From the sequence record DRR723986_6582: a stretch of 64,000 nt of DNA. One strand, 5' to 3'. The position numbers and the translations under genes were made by a program. Each line of letters begins with the position of its first letter. The first letter of the stretch is position 1. The notes under the pieces were generated by a model. That model did no database searches. It was not told the origin of the DNA and worked only from the letters and a program-made list of their open reading frames with translations. This document shows, one piece after another, positions 1-11,400 of the stretch.

Positions 1-35
1 CCATGCAAGCGCTCTCCCAGCTGAGCTATAGCCCC
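1..35 (-). tRNA. tRNA-Ala (GGC anticodon type), 5' half only, truncated by the window edge
   Basis: Reverse complement reads GGGGCTATAGCTCAGCTGGGAGAGCGCTTGCATGG, the canonical 5' half of gammaproteobacterial tRNA-Ala(GGC); lies downstream of gltX on the same strand. Confidence 0.93.
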
Positions 36-49
36 GAAAGAGGCTGCGC

Positions 50-78
50 ATATTAAGGTTCGTCCCCTACCTTGTCAA
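50..78 (-). promoter_or_regulatory. sigma70 promoter of the tRNA gene
   Basis: Minus strand TTGACA (78-73), 17 bp spacer, TAATAT (55-50), then a GC-rich discriminator-like GCGCAGCC before the tRNA. Confidence 0.8.
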
Positions 79-132
79 CACGCGCAGTGAAAAAAATCCC
101 CTTTAACAACACAGGCGCATTTGCCGCCACCA

Positions 133-1617
133 TCAAGGGAGTTGTTGATAGCGTTTTTCCAGCTTCTTAAGTTTTTTCTTGCCCACCCCGCCCAAAATAT
201 CAATGGCGTGGCGAATGCGCGCACGACTGATTTCCGGCCCGAGTATTTCCATGGAATCGACGACTGAGATCGATGCAGTGGTGCCCGCAATGGCAATAAA
301 CAGTGGAGGCATCACATCTTTCATGCGCAGCTCCAGACCGTCGACCAGCGCTTTGATATCGGCAAACAAAGTATCGCGCTGCCAATCGGATTCGGCCTCC
401 AAACGCCACAAGCAGCACTGTAAGACCTCAACCAGCTGCTCTTCCTCTAAGGTGCACTGAGCAAAACTTTCCTTGCTCAGCGGCAGCATTCCCGATAGGA
501 AAAAACCCGCCAGCGGTGCGATATCAGTAAATACCTCAATACGCTGTTTTAGATGTGGCAACATTTTGGTCAGCGTTTCCCGATTCAACGCCCAGCTCTG
601 CAGGCGCTCAATTAGCGCGTCGTCGCTCAAGTCCTCTCGCAACCAAAGCCCATTAAGCCAGCGCAGTTTCTCAACATCGAAAATCGGCCCACCCAGGCTG
701 ACACGCTGAATGTCGAAGTGCTCGATCATTGTCTGAAGGCTAAACTTCTCGCGCTCATCGGGCATACTCCAGCCCATCCTCCCCAAGTAATTAAGTAGCG
801 CCTCCGGCAAAAAGCCCATGCGCTGGTAGTACAAAATACTAGTGGGGTTCTTGCGCTTACTGAGCTTACTTTTGTCAGGGTTGCGCAACAGTGGCAAATG
901 GCAAAGCTGCGGCATTTCCCAGCCAAAATACTCGTACAGCAACTTGTGCTTAGGCGCAGAATTCAACCATTCTTCGCCGCGCAGCACGTGGGTGATACCC
1001 ATCAAATGGTCATCCACGACATTGGCCAAGTGGTAGGTAGGCAGGCCATCGGATTTCAACAATATCTGCGCGTCGACCTGGCCCCAATCTAATTCCACGG
1101 TACCGCGCAACATATCTTCTATCTCGCAACGGCCCGCTTCTTCGGGCACCACCATGCGAATAACATAGGGCATGCCCTCGGCTTCGCGGCGCTGCTGCTC
1201 GTCGTCACTCAGGCGCAGATCTGAGGGTTTTAAGGCCGTGTGCTGGCCTTCAGCGCGCCGCGCTTCTCGCAGAGCATCGAGTTCTTCGGGGCTGCGATAA
1301 CAGCGAAACGCCAAGCCCTTCGCGATAAGTTGCTCGCAGTGCTCCCGGTAAATTTCGCTGCGCTCACTCTGCCGGTAAGGCCCCGCTTGTCCGCCCACAT
1401 CGGGCCCTTCATCCCAGTCCAAGCCCAGCCAGCGCAGAGAGTCTAAAATGGCCTGTTCTGACTCTGGCGTCGAACGCTGCTGGTCAGTGTCTTCAATGCG
1501 CAGCAGAAACTGGCCGCCTTGGCTTTTTGCAAAGCAGTAGTTAAACAGGGCGATGTATGCGGTGCCGACGTGTGGATCACCAGTGGGGGATGGCGCAATG
1601 CGAGTGCGAACAGTCAT
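133..1617 (-). CDS. gltX: glutamate--tRNA ligase
   Basis: [14 protein letters not shown] (HIGH-type) and KLSKR (KMSKS-type) motifs; 494 aa. Confidence 0.98.
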   Translation of the reverse strand: MTVRTRIAPSPTGDPHVGTAYIALFNYCFAKSQGGQFLLRIEDTDQQRSTPESEQAILDSLRWLGLDWDEGPDVGGQAGPYRQSERSEIYREHCEQLIAKGLAFRCYRSPEELDALREARRAEGQHTALKPSDLRLSDDEQQRREAEGMPYVIRMVVPEEAGRCEIEDMLRGTVELDWGQVDAQILLKSDGLPTYHLANVVDDHLMGITHVLRGEEWLNSAPKHKLLYEYFGWEMPQLCHLPLLRNPDKSKLSKRKNPTSILYYQRMGFLPEALLNYLGRMGWSMPDEREKFSLQTMIEHFDIQRVSLGGPIFDVEKLRWLNGLWLREDLSDDALIERLQSWALNRETLTKMLPHLKQRIEVFTDIAPLAGFFLSGMLPLSKESFAQCTLEEEQLVEVLQCCLWRLEAESDWQRDTLFADIKALVDGLELRMKDVMPPLFIAIAGTTASISVVDSMEILGPEISRARIRHAIDILGGVGKKKLKKLEKRYQQLP

Positions 1618-1740
1618 GGAGAGTTGTTTACCATTTCAATACAATTAGCGTTGGCCGCGCGCATAAGCTGCGACATGAAAGGCGCCATTATACGGGCCAG
1701 CGGCGATAAGATTCACCTACCGCGGAGGTTTTCCTGGCGA

Positions 1741-2793
1741 ATGCCCAACAATACCCTCGACAGGCGCTTCTGCGTAGCGCCAATGCTGGACTGGTCAGAC
1801 CGCCACTGCCGTTTTTTTTGGCGAAAAATGAGTCGGCGCGCCGTGCTCTACACAGAAATGGTGACCACTGGCGCCCTGCTTCACGGCGACCAACACCGGC
1901 ATTTGCAATTCAGCACAGAGGAACAGCCCCTCGCCTTGCAGTTGGGCGGCAGCGATCCCAGCGACTTGGCCAAGGCCGTCAAGCTTGCCAAACAATGGGG
2001 CTACGACGAGGTGAATCTGAATTGTGGCTGCCCCTCAGACCGTGTTCAAAATGGTTTTTTTGGCGCGTGTTTAATGGCCCGCCCCAGCCTGGTGGCAGAC
2101 TGCGTCGCCGCGATGATTGATGCTAGCGACTTGCCGGTCACCGTGAAACACCGCATTGGTATTGATGATCAGGAAGGTTATGAGCCACTGCACGATTTTG
2201 TTGACCAAATTCATCAGGCAGGCTGTAACACGATCATTGTGCATGCCCGCAAAGCGTGGCTACAGGGTTTAAGCCCCAAGGAAAACCGGGAAATCCCGCC
2301 GCTGAATTACGATATGGTTTACCAGCTCAAAAATGACTTTCCCGGGCTGGAGGTCATTATCAATGGTGGTATCGACAGTATCGACGACGCGCTATCGCAT
2401 TTGTCACATGTCGATGGCAGTATGTTGGGGCGCAGTATTTACCAGAACCCCTACCAGCTGGTGGAGGTAGATGAACGTATCTATGCCGATGAAGCCAATC
2501 AGCGCAGCCGGCAGGATGTTGTCGAATCACTCTACCCCTACATTGAAAAGGAACTTGCAAGCGGTACTCGACTCCACCATATAACGCGACATATTCTCGG
2601 GATTTTTAATGGCCAGGCCGGAGCCCGCCAGTTCCGCCGCCATCTCAGTCAGCATGCGCACCGCAATGACGCTGGACTGGAGGTACTGCAAGAAGCACTG
2701 GCCCTGACAACAACGGCGCAACAACGCCTGCAAGACTACGCGCAACAACGTGCTGCCCAAACCCTGCAGGAAAGCGAAATCAAGATACGGTGA
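1741..2793 (+). CDS. dusA: tRNA dihydrouridine(20/20a) synthase
   Basis: [40 protein letters not shown] motifs; start moved to ATG 1741. Confidence 0.96.
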   Translation: MPNNTLDRRFCVAPMLDWSDRHCRFFWRKMSRRAVLYTEMVTTGALLHGDQHRHLQFSTEEQPLALQLGGSDPSDLAKAVKLAKQWGYDEVNLNCGCPSDRVQNGFFGACLMARPSLVADCVAAMIDASDLPVTVKHRIGIDDQEGYEPLHDFVDQIHQAGCNTIIVHARKAWLQGLSPKENREIPPLNYDMVYQLKNDFPGLEVIINGGIDSIDDALSHLSHVDGSMLGRSIYQNPYQLVEVDERIYADEANQRSRQDVVESLYPYIEKELASGTRLHHITRHILGIFNGQAGARQFRRHLSQHAHRNDAGLEVLQEALALTTTAQQRLQDYAQQRAAQTLQESEIKIR

Positions 2794-2806
2794 TAGGATT
2801 CATTTA

Positions 2807-3763
2807 ATGAGCAGTATACTGGCACAACTTAAAGCGATGACGGATGTCGTGGCCGACACCGGCGACATCGAGGCAATCAAACGCTTTTCCCCCCAAGATG
2901 CGACCACCAACCCTTCACTCATCCTCAAAGCCGCCCAGCTGCCTCAGTATCAGGCGCTGATCGACCACATCGTTGCCGAAAACATTACCGACCCTAACAA
3001 CGACGAACAAATTAAAGCTGCCTGCACGCGCCTGGCCGTTGCCATAGGCCGCGAAATTAGTCAGCTGGTACCAGGAAAAGTCTCCACAGAAGTGGACGCT
3101 CGGCTCTCCTTCGATACTGCCGCAACCGTCGAACAAGCCAAGACTATCGTCAAGTTATACGAAGAAGCGGGTGTTGGGCGCGACAAGTTATTAGTGAAGA
3201 TCGCCTCGACGTGGGAAGGCATTCAAGCTGCCGCAGAGCTCGAAAAAGCCGGCATTGAATGTAACCTGACCTTATTGTTCAGCCTGGCACAAGCGGCGGC
3301 ATGTGCCGAGGCAGGTGCAACATTGATCTCGCCCTTTGTCGGCCGCATTCTCGACTGGCACGTGGCCCGCGGCGACAGCCCCGAAAGCCCGGCACAAGAT
3401 CCCGGCGTGCAGTCTGTCGCGGGCATCTATGCCTACTACAAACAGCATGGCTACAGCACCATTGTGATGGGCGCGAGCTTTCGAAATACCGGCGAAATTG
3501 CTGAGCTAGCGGGTTGTGACCGACTCACAATCAGCCCTGCCCTGCTCGAAGAATTGGATAATGCGCAAGGTCAGCTGCCACAGCGCCTGAGCCCTGACGC
3601 CGACTTCGCACCACAACAGAAGCTCGATTCTAGCGAATCATCCTTTCGCTGGGCCATGAATGAAGATGCCATGGCAACAGAAAAGCTGGCAGAAGGGATT
3701 CGCGCCTTCGCCGCGGATCAACGGAAACTCGAAGATTTGTTGAGAGGCTGGCAAGGTGTTTGA
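2807..3763 (+). CDS. tal: transaldolase
   Basis: [32 protein letters not shown] motifs; start at ATG 2807. Confidence 0.97.
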   Translation: MSSILAQLKAMTDVVADTGDIEAIKRFSPQDATTNPSLILKAAQLPQYQALIDHIVAENITDPNNDEQIKAACTRLAVAIGREISQLVPGKVSTEVDARLSFDTAATVEQAKTIVKLYEEAGVGRDKLLVKIASTWEGIQAAAELEKAGIECNLTLLFSLAQAAACAEAGATLISPFVGRILDWHVARGDSPESPAQDPGVQSVAGIYAYYKQHGYSTIVMGASFRNTGEIAELAGCDRLTISPALLEELDNAQGQLPQRLSPDADFAPQQKLDSSESSFRWAMNEDAMATEKLAEGIRAFAADQRKLEDLLRGWQGV

Positions 3764-4217
3764 GTTTATAAAAAACTTGCTGGGCGAGGCCTCCAATGCC
3801 GATGGCAGCGACGAGCTGTCGATGGAATTGGTAGCCGCCTCGCTGTTGATAGAAGTCAGCAAATCCGATTACAAGCAAGAGCCGGCAGAAGTGGAGAAGA
3901 TTCGCCAACTGCTGGTGCAGCACTTTCACCTCAGTGCAGACGAAATTGAAGCCTTTATGGAAAAGGCGCATGAGTCGACCCAAGACAGCACCTCCCTCTA
4001 CCCCTTTACCCGCTACATCAATGACAATTGCAATAACGCAGAGAAGTTTCAGCTGGTGAAGGCACTGTGGGAAGTTGCGGCAGAAGACGGCGACATAGAC
4101 AAGTACGAAGAACACGTCATCCGTAAAATTTCAGAGTTGATTTACCTGCCCCACAAGGACTTTATCAGGGCAAAATTGATGGTTTGTGAAACGCTTGGCC
4201 TAACTGCAAAAAAGTAG
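3756..4217 (+). CDS. TerB-family (tellurite resistance-like) protein
   Basis: AASLLIEV..D...E and LWEVA.EDG.ID.YEEH.IRKI..L pattern; GTG start overlaps the tal stop. Confidence 0.8.
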   Translation: MFEFIKNLLGEASNADGSDELSMELVAASLLIEVSKSDYKQEPAEVEKIRQLLVQHFHLSADEIEAFMEKAHESTQDSTSLYPFTRYINDNCNNAEKFQLVKALWEVAAEDGDIDKYEEHVIRKISELIYLPHKDFIRAKLMVCETLGLTAKK

Positions 4218-4227
4218 TGCCGCAGGC

Positions 4228-4716
4228 TTAGTAACACTGCCCTTCCAGTAGGGTGACAAGCTCGCGAAACTTAGCCCGATTGCTCTCATTCATTCCCATG
4301 AGCACGCGGTGCGCCTCCAGCACTTTGGCGCGAACCGCATCTTCACTGTCGGGCAATACCGGCAGTTCATTCAGGTCCTCGTCGTCTACCACTGGCTCCT
4401 GGCGAATACAGAAAACGCGACCAAACCCCATGCTATCCAGCACGCGAGTGATATCAGGATTGGTAGACAAAATAACCGGCACATAGGAAAAGCGTTGCTT
4501 GGCTTTGATTGCCAGTTTTGCGAGCAAGCCGAGGGTGGTGCTGTCTATATTGGTTGCATCAACGAGATCAATAACGACACTGGCAAACCCTTTGCTGGTT
4601 AGCATATCGTCAAAAAAATCATCCATCGTCGTGCAAAGGGTTAGACGCACTTCGCCAACCAATTTAATGACGAAAGCACCATCTTGCTCTGCGACCAAAA
4701 TCTTACCTGGCTGCAT
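4228..4716 (-). CDS. STAS-domain anti-sigma factor antagonist (RssC/PA2797-like)
   Basis: GEVRLTLC and IDSTTLGLLAKL (STAS phospho-Ser motif); downstream of the PP2C response regulator. Confidence 0.88.
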   Translation of the reverse strand: MQPGKILVAEQDGAFVIKLVGEVRLTLCTTMDDFFDDMLTSKGFASVVIDLVDATNIDSTTLGLLAKLAIKAKQRFSYVPVILSTNPDITRVLDSMGFGRVFCIRQEPVVDDEDLNELPVLPDSEDAVRAKVLEAHRVLMGMNESNRAKFRELVTLLEGQCY

Positions 4717-4722
4717 GACTTC

Positions 4723-5904
4723 CTATAACCTGCTAATGACTAAGATGGCGATATCATCCGGTGCATCACCAATATTGTTTAAGTCGAAGGCCGTTACCAG
4801 TTCACTGGACGAACGCTGCCCAGCGCTGAGTAGTGCCAATAGCGCCTCTTCTTTTTCCTTTAGCGAGTCGCGTTGTAACACCTCCAATATACCATCGGAA
4901 AACAGTGTCAGCACGGCGCCACTCGGAAAGCAGATCATGTGATCGGTAAAAGCCGCATCGCTAAAAAGCCCCACGGGCATATCGTGTTCGGGCAAAAATT
5001 CCGCCTGCCCGTCACAGGCCAGCACCGGCGCCGGAAGGTGCCCCGCAACCGCGTAACAGAGCTGATCGCAGTTCAGGTCAAAGACCCCGACACACATGGT
5101 TACATGCTTGCCGATACCCATTTCAAGAAGTTCACGGTTGGCAATGGCAAGCATTTTCGCGGGAGACAGTATTGCCGTTGAACCGCGATGAAGGTAGTCA
5201 CTGCGCTTGCGAGCGAAAAGGTTTTTCAAAAATACGGTCACAAAGGCGGAACTGGCGCCGTGGCCTGACACGTCGGCAACAAAGAACACCGCCCGATCAT
5301 CGCCGACGAGAAAATAGTCAACGAAGTCGCCACTCAGGTAGAGAGACGGCAAAATAAAGTGGCAGAACTGGTAGCCTTCAATGTCTTTAGGCGTATCTGG
5401 CAACAATAATTGCTGAACGTGCTTACCGGCCTGCTGATCTTGCTGAAGGTGGGTCAGACTTTCCAATAACTCGCGGTTGGCCGCTTCTAATTTATGGCGA
5501 TAAGCGAGGTTTTCACGTTTTAGTTCGCAGCGCTCCACCGCGCGATTGATGGCATGGCGAATGACATCAGCGCTTTCAGGCGGCAGCATGAGGTAATCGG
5601 TAGCGCCGTGGCGTACAGCAGAGAGAACATCGGCCAGGCTCTCGCGCCGGGACACACAGATCAGGGGAAGCTCACGGGGGTCGGCAGCCATATCATCAAG
5701 CAAGGTGATGCCTTGGCAGTCCGGCAGATCGATATCAATCATCACAATATCGATATCGTCTTCCCGAAAACAGCGCAGCGCCTCTGTGCTGTCGTCGATA
5801 CTCAACACGATAACGCCGAGGGCCTCTAAGGCTTCGCGCAGTTGCCGGTGTAGGTCATCGCGGTGCTGAACAAGCAGCAGCCGGTGATGTAAGGGTCTGG
5901 TCAT
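4723..5904 (-). CDS. receiver-domain + PP2C/SpoIIE serine phosphatase (RssB/PA2798-like)
   Basis: N-terminal REC-like domain, coiled coil, SGDFVD, ADVSGHG, FSDG and DDIA PP2C motifs. Confidence 0.9.
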   Translation of the reverse strand: MTRPLHHRLLLVQHRDDLHRQLREALEALGVIVLSIDDSTEALRCFREDDIDIVMIDIDLPDCQGITLLDDMAADPRELPLICVSRRESLADVLSAVRHGATDYLMLPPESADVIRHAINRAVERCELKRENLAYRHKLEAANRELLESLTHLQQDQQAGKHVQQLLLPDTPKDIEGYQFCHFILPSLYLSGDFVDYFLVGDDRAVFFVADVSGHGASSAFVTVFLKNLFARKRSDYLHRGSTAILSPAKMLAIANRELLEMGIGKHVTMCVGVFDLNCDQLCYAVAGHLPAPVLACDGQAEFLPEHDMPVGLFSDAAFTDHMICFPSGAVLTLFSDGILEVLQRDSLKEKEEALLALLSAGQRSSSELVTAFDLNNIGDAPDDIAILVISRL

Positions 5905-5977
5905 CTGCCTGTTTTACCTTTACGGCGCCACCGGAGCAAGCCATGTGCCTGTGCAGGATTCACATCCCGCTACCCTG

Positions 5978-6697
5978 CTATTCAAAATCAAAGGACTCAA
6001 AATCCTCGTCGCCAAAGCTATCCTGGAACTCGCCATCGTTAATTAGGAACTGACGGCGCTGCAGATAGGCATCTTTAAGAAAGGTGTACTTATCACCGCT
6101 GACCAGCTCATCGGAGCCCAATAATTTTGCACGTACTTGCACAAGATCCAGCGCCATCAAACCCAACTCAGCGGAAAAGGGCTCAACCTCACTGGTCGGT
6201 GAAGTATAGCGATCGATAAAGCGGCTGCTGCCATCGCGAATGGTACTTGGACCGAGTAAAGGCAGCATTAGAAAGGGGCCGGGCTCTACCCCCCAAACAG
6301 CCAGAGTTTGCCCAAAATCCTCTGACTCGCGGGGCAGTCCCAGATGGGTCGCGACATCAAAAAAGCCCAGCACACCCACCGTGGTGTTTATCAGAAAGCG
6401 CCCGGCATCAACCATGGCGTCTTTGCCCTCGCCCTGTAGGACATCATTGAAGAAGTTCTTCACCTCACCGAGGTTGTCAAAAACATTGCCGATGCCCTGG
6501 TCAATGAATCTCGGCGTCACCTCTTTGTAAGCCTTGGCAACCGGTTTGGCGACGTAGCGATCCGCCCCCTCGTTAAAGGCGAAAATGTGGCGATTGAGGC
6601 CTTCCCAGGGGTCGCGGGGATCATTGCCATATTCTGCGGCGAAAGACAGCGGCGCGAACAGACAAATCACCGTGGTGAGCAGTCTATGCAGCAACAT
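5978..6697 (-). CDS. mlaA: MlaA/VacJ family outer-membrane lipid asymmetry protein
   Basis: DPWEGLNR, GRFLINTTVG, EDFGQTL..WG, LPLLGPST.RD, YLQRR motifs; start moved to ATG 6697. Confidence 0.92.
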   Translation of the reverse strand: MLLHRLLTTVICLFAPLSFAAEYGNDPRDPWEGLNRHIFAFNEGADRYVAKPVAKAYKEVTPRFIDQGIGNVFDNLGEVKNFFNDVLQGEGKDAMVDAGRFLINTTVGVLGFFDVATHLGLPRESEDFGQTLAVWGVEPGPFLMLPLLGPSTIRDGSSRFIDRYTSPTSEVEPFSAELGLMALDLVQVRAKLLGSDELVSGDKYTFLKDAYLQRRQFLINDGEFQDSFGDEDFESFDFE

Positions 6698-6764
6698 GCG
6701 AATAGTATTCCCTACTGTTGTATTGCGCCCACTATACCTAAAGCCCACATTAATACCAGCGATG

Positions 6765-7520
6765 TTATTCGCCAGTGAATGAAGGCTCTGCAAGGCAGAG
6801 AATATCCGCCTCCAGCAGCTGTTGTAGCAGGCTCTCAGCGAAGTCAACCAAGCGGCCTTCCTCTGTCGCCAGTTCCGTAGCCAAACTCGCCAAACACTCA
6901 CGTGGCGAGGCTCCGCCTTCTAGCAGTGCTAACAAGCGAGCGGTGACAGCATTAATTTCCATAAATCGCACCGCGTCGCTGCGATCCCGGTACACCACCA
7001 AATATGTCATGTCTCCCGGCGGGTGGAGAGGTTGATAGGCCTTGGAAATACGATGCACGGGGTATGGGTAACTCAAGCTCCAGGCGAGGGGCGACTTCCG
7101 CAAACAGGTATCGACCAAGGGCGTGGACACAGACAGTTTCTCCGGCAGCGTGGCCGTATCTGTATCGAGAGCAAGTTCCACCCACTCATAGTGCGCCAGC
7201 GCCGGTAAAAATGGCGGATCATCGGGGTGGTCGCGCGCACTGCTAAGGTAGTGAAGAAACTCCTCAGCAATTTGCAAAAAATACGGGCTCTGGCAGTGAT
7301 GGACTTTCATAAAGTCCCGCACCATGGCGTGCCACTGATCATCGGGAAAAATACTGCGACAAACCGGAAAGCCACCGCTGATGAAGCCCTCTATATTCTT
7401 GTAGAACAAGTCTCGATACACGGCCAGGCGACGAGGCTCAATCCCCTGCGGCGCTGGGCAAGACTCCGGATCGCGCAAATAGGCGGTTAAGGCCTGCTGC
7501 TGTTGCTGAAAGGGGCCCAT
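6765..7520 (-). CDS. DUF2063 (HvfC/BufC-like) MNIO partner protein
   Basis: YLRDP, RLAVYRDLFYKNI, H.CQSPYFLQI..EF, LAHYEWVELAL, YPVHRIS motifs; start overlaps the DUF692 stop. Confidence 0.88.
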   Translation of the reverse strand: MGPFQQQQQALTAYLRDPESCPAPQGIEPRRLAVYRDLFYKNIEGFISGGFPVCRSIFPDDQWHAMVRDFMKVHHCQSPYFLQIAEEFLHYLSSARDHPDDPPFLPALAHYEWVELALDTDTATLPEKLSVSTPLVDTCLRKSPLAWSLSYPYPVHRISKAYQPLHPPGDMTYLVVYRDRSDAVRFMEINAVTARLLALLEGGASPRECLASLATELATEEGRLVDFAESLLQQLLEADILCLAEPSFTGE

Positions 7521-8386
7521 TACTGCCCTACCTCCCCTGTCGCCTGCACATCGCGAATTCGCGATATCTCATCAAGCAACTCGGCCATTGGTGGAAAGTT
7601 AAAATCTCGCTCCAACAATGTCGGCAAAGACCCGCAATGCCCGTAGCACTCGCCAAGTAGCTGCCACACGGACTCGATAACGGGCGCACCATGCGTATCC
7701 ACTTTGAGGTCATCAGCCTCGTCAAAATGACCGGCGATGTGCATATAAGCGGCGCGCTCCAGCGGTAGCTCGCGCAGGAATTGCCGGGCATCGTAGCCGT
7801 GGTTCACACTGTTAACGTAAACATTATTCACATCTAACAATAGGCCACAATCGGCCTCTTCGAGCACGCCAGTAATGAACTGCGATTCGGTCATCTGGCT
7901 ATCAAGCGCGGCGTAGTAGGAGGCATTTTCCAGTAAAATTTTTCGACCGAGACGCCGCTGCACCTCAATTACGCGCTCGGCAACATGCGCAACCGCCTCA
8001 TCGGTAAAGGGGACCGGCATCAGGTCATAGAGGTGGCCGCTGTCGCCGCAGTAGGTAAGGTGCTCGCTGTAGAGGCGACAATCGAAGCGGTCGATGAATG
8101 CCGCGATATCGTCGATCAACGCGTAGTCGAGCGGCGCAAAACCGCCGATGTTTAAGCTCAAACCGTGCAGGGTAACCGGGAATTTTTCAGCCAGCGCTTC
8201 AAATGCCTTGCCAAACCGTCCGCCGAGGTCAATCCAGTTTTCGGGGGCGACCTCGAAGAAGTCGATATCGCCGGGCTGCAACTCGCTGAAGGCATCGAGC
8301 ATGCCGCGTCGCAAGCCCAGTCCCACAGCATCTGCCGCTAAGCCCGGTTGAATTGCTGACTGTTGCTGAACGTGATATTGAGGCAA
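7520..8386 (-). CDS. DUF692 multinuclear non-heme iron oxidase (MNIO; HvfB/BufB-like)
   Basis: GLGLRR, EVAPENW, HGLSL, SEH, LLEN, LLDVNN, HIAGH, DTH, LLERD motifs; TTG start with a purine-rich RBS. Confidence 0.93.
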   Translation of the reverse strand: MPQYHVQQQSAIQPGLAADAVGLGLRRGMLDAFSELQPGDIDFFEVAPENWIDLGGRFGKAFEALAEKFPVTLHGLSLNIGGFAPLDYALIDDIAAFIDRFDCRLYSEHLTYCGDSGHLYDLMPVPFTDEAVAHVAERVIEVQRRLGRKILLENASYYAALDSQMTESQFITGVLEEADCGLLLDVNNVYVNSVNHGYDARQFLRELPLERAAYMHIAGHFDEADDLKVDTHGAPVIESVWQLLGECYGHCGSLPTLLERDFNFPPMAELLDEISRIRDVQATGEVGQ

Positions 8387-8431
8387 GGCCCTCTCCTCTT
8401 CGCCCGTTATTGTTGTATTAGGACGTATGAC

Positions 8432-11400
8432 TCAGCGAATTGTTACATCGTTCTTTAACGCTTGCCAAAGCTGCTTTAGGCGTTTCTCCGATACGGTTTG
8501 CGCCGTGCCCAAGCGCTGGGCGAACAACGACACGCGAAATTCTTCCAACAGCCAGCGGTATTCTCTGAGCTTTTCTGATTTCTGCCACAACTTGGGATCG
8601 CGAGCCAGTGCGTTTTCCAGCTGCTCCTGTAGCGGTTCAATGGCAAGTGTCGACTGGCGATCCCGCTGATAGTGGCCGTCCAGTTTACTGACCCGCTCCT
8701 CTATCGCAGCAAGGTATCGCGGGTAGTGGCCAAGCGCCTCGGTAGACACCTGAAAAATAAAGTCGTCGACAAATAGGCCGTCTAACTGGCGCTGAATATC
8801 ATTAATACTGTGTATCCAGCTCAAGCTGTTTAGCTTCTTCAGCTGCTTTCGGATTCGCGCCTGCGACGCGAGAATATCGCCTAGCAACGCTGCAACCTCT
8901 TCGGCGCAAGGCACAAATTCCGCACGACCCGACTCCCAAAGGGCATCAAAGGCCTGTTGATCGCGCGGCAGATTATCCGTAGTAACTGCAAAAGCTCGAC
9001 GCGCTGCCACCAATAGACAGGCCTCTATCCACGCTTTGCGTTGTTGTCCGCAGGCGGCGAACTGTAGCTGTTGGGCATTCCCTTTAAACAACTTGGCGCG
9101 CAGACTCTTGCACTGGGCGGGTAAACGCAGAAGTAACAGCCGCAAACAGCCGCGCAAGGACTTGTTCTGCGCCTCCTCCAGCGTTTCGGCCAAGCTGAGC
9201 TCCACATCCTGCCCCGAATCCGTCAAGCAGGGAAACGCAGTCAAGGTCGCGCCCGCCTGTTTGAAGCGATGCTCGACAGGCAGTTCGCCAAACTCCCATT
9301 GTTGATAGCGGCGCACCTCAAAACCACCCTGGCTCTCTTCAGCGATACTTTTTTGCACCTCTGAAGCGAGCTGCGCCCTCAATGCAACAATATCCCGCCC
9401 CGACGCCAGCCGCTTGCCGCCGTCGTCGAGTACCACCACATTCATTTTGTAGTAGTCATCTATGGTCGCCGATGACCATGCTGCTAAATCAATATTGGCG
9501 TCGCTAAGCTGCTCCAGCCGGGCAGCTAATGCTGGTAGTAGAGGCTCGTCACTCGGCGTTAGCCGGGCCAATGCCCGATCTACGTAGTCAGGAACCGGCA
9601 CCAATTGCTTGCGCTGGGCCTTTGGCAACGCCTTAACCAAGGCGATACATTTTTCTCGCAATAACCCTGGCACAAGCCATTCGAAGCGCCCCTCCGGCAG
9701 CTTGTGCAACAATACTAGCGGAACGGAAACACTGACGCCGTCATCGCGATGCCCCGGCTCAAAGTGGTAAGACAAGGCCAGCTGTTTACCCCCACAACTC
9801 AACTGGGTGGGAAATTGCGCCTCGTCAACGCCACCCTCGCTGCGCATCATCTGCGAGCGAGCCATCTTAAGAGTGGCATCCGCCGAGGATTTTTTCAGCC
9901 AGGACTCCAGTTGCCTGGCGGTCGTTATGCCCTCGGGCAGGCGCTCATCATAGAACGCATAGATCTCCTCATCTGAGATCAAAATATCACGCCGGCGCGC
10001 CTTGTCTTCCAAGTCGAGTATCTCGCGACGCAAGGCCTGGTTGTGGGCAAAAAATGCCGCCGCACCTCGGTAACGCCCCTCAACCAAGCCCTGGCGGATA
10101 AAGACCTCTCTGGCCAGCTTGGCGTCAATAGGGCCAAAGTGAATGCGATGACGGTCGCGCAGGGTCAAGCCGTAAAGCAGGGTTTGTTCATAGGCCATTA
10201 CCCGCCCGCTACGGGCGTGGAAATGCGGTTCGGCGTAATTGCGCTTCAACAAACTGTCGTTGATACCAAACACCCACTCGGGCTCGATCTTTGCCACACA
10301 GCGAGCGAAGAGCTGACTGGTCTCTGCCAGTTCAGCGGCAACAATCCACTTCGGTGTTTTCTTTCGCAGCGACGACCCCGGAAAAATCATCAGTTTGCGA
10401 TTGCGCGCGCCGAGGTATTCCCTGCCTTCGTCATGGTTCGCAATTTGACTGAGAAAGCCCGGCAACAGTGCCCGATGAATGTTTTGGTAATCGGCTGGCT
10501 GCTTATTTTGCTCGAGCTTTAACTGCCGGCACATCAGTAGTAGCTGGTGGTGCACCTCTCGCCATTCACGCATGCGAGTCCAGCTGAGAAACTCCTTCTT
10601 ACACAGTTTGCGCCATTGATTCGCACTGAGTTGTTGGCGCTGCTCCTCCGCGTATTCCCACAGTGCTACAAAGGCGAGGAAATCCGACCCCTCCTGCCAA
10701 AAGCGCCGGTGCTTTTCGTCCGCGGCCTGCTGTTTGTCCGCCGGGCGGTCGCGTGGGTCCTGAATACTCAAGGCACTGGCAATCACCAGCATTTCACGCA
10801 GGCACTGCTGTTCTGCCCCGGCGATAATCAGCCGAGCTATACGCGGATCTACCGGAAAACGCGCCAGCATCTTGCCCTGCGCCGTCATCCGCTCCCCGTC
10901 GACGGCCCCGAGCTCCCTCAGCAAGGCAAAGCCATCGCGAATTAAGCGGTTATCCGGCGCGTCGACAAAGGGAAACTTGCGGATATCACCCAGACCCAGC
11001 TGCAACATCTGGAGGATAACGGCCGCCAGGTTAGTACGTTGAATCTCCGGCTCGGTAAACAGCGGGCGGCGCTCAAAGTCTTCCTTGCTGTACAGGCGAT
11101 AAGCGATGCCTTCTGCCACGCGCCCGCAGCGCCCCGCGCGCTGATTTGCACTGGCTTGAGACACTGGCTCAATGGGCAGGCGTTGTACCTTGCTGCGAAC
11201 GCTGTAGCGACTCACGCGCGCCGTACCTGCGTCGATCACATAGCGAATGCCTGGCACCGTCAGCGAGGTTTCTGCCACGTTTGTCGCCAACACCACGCGC
11301 CAGCCACGCCGCCCTCTAAGGTCGAAAATGCGCTGTTGTTCCGCCGCGCTCAGCCGCGCATACAGCGGCAACACCTCCGCACCCGGCAGTTGCGCTTGAC

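Noticed and set aside
1519-1740. Long N-terminal extensions given by the ORF track (dusA, and likewise mlaA, oppF, mnmC, tadE, mutS, fdxA)
   Set aside because: They overlap neighbouring genes or promoters; downstream starts match the family N-termini
4228-4245. STAS protein ends in EGQCY, reminiscent of the EGKCG MNIO substrate motif
   Set aside because: Single degenerate match in a cytoplasmic regulator; too short to support a link to the nearby MNIO
6698-6764. 12-codon minus-strand micro-ORF (MWALGIVGAIQQ) as a possible MNIO precursor
   Set aside because: No Cys, no leader or signal peptide, no clear RBS
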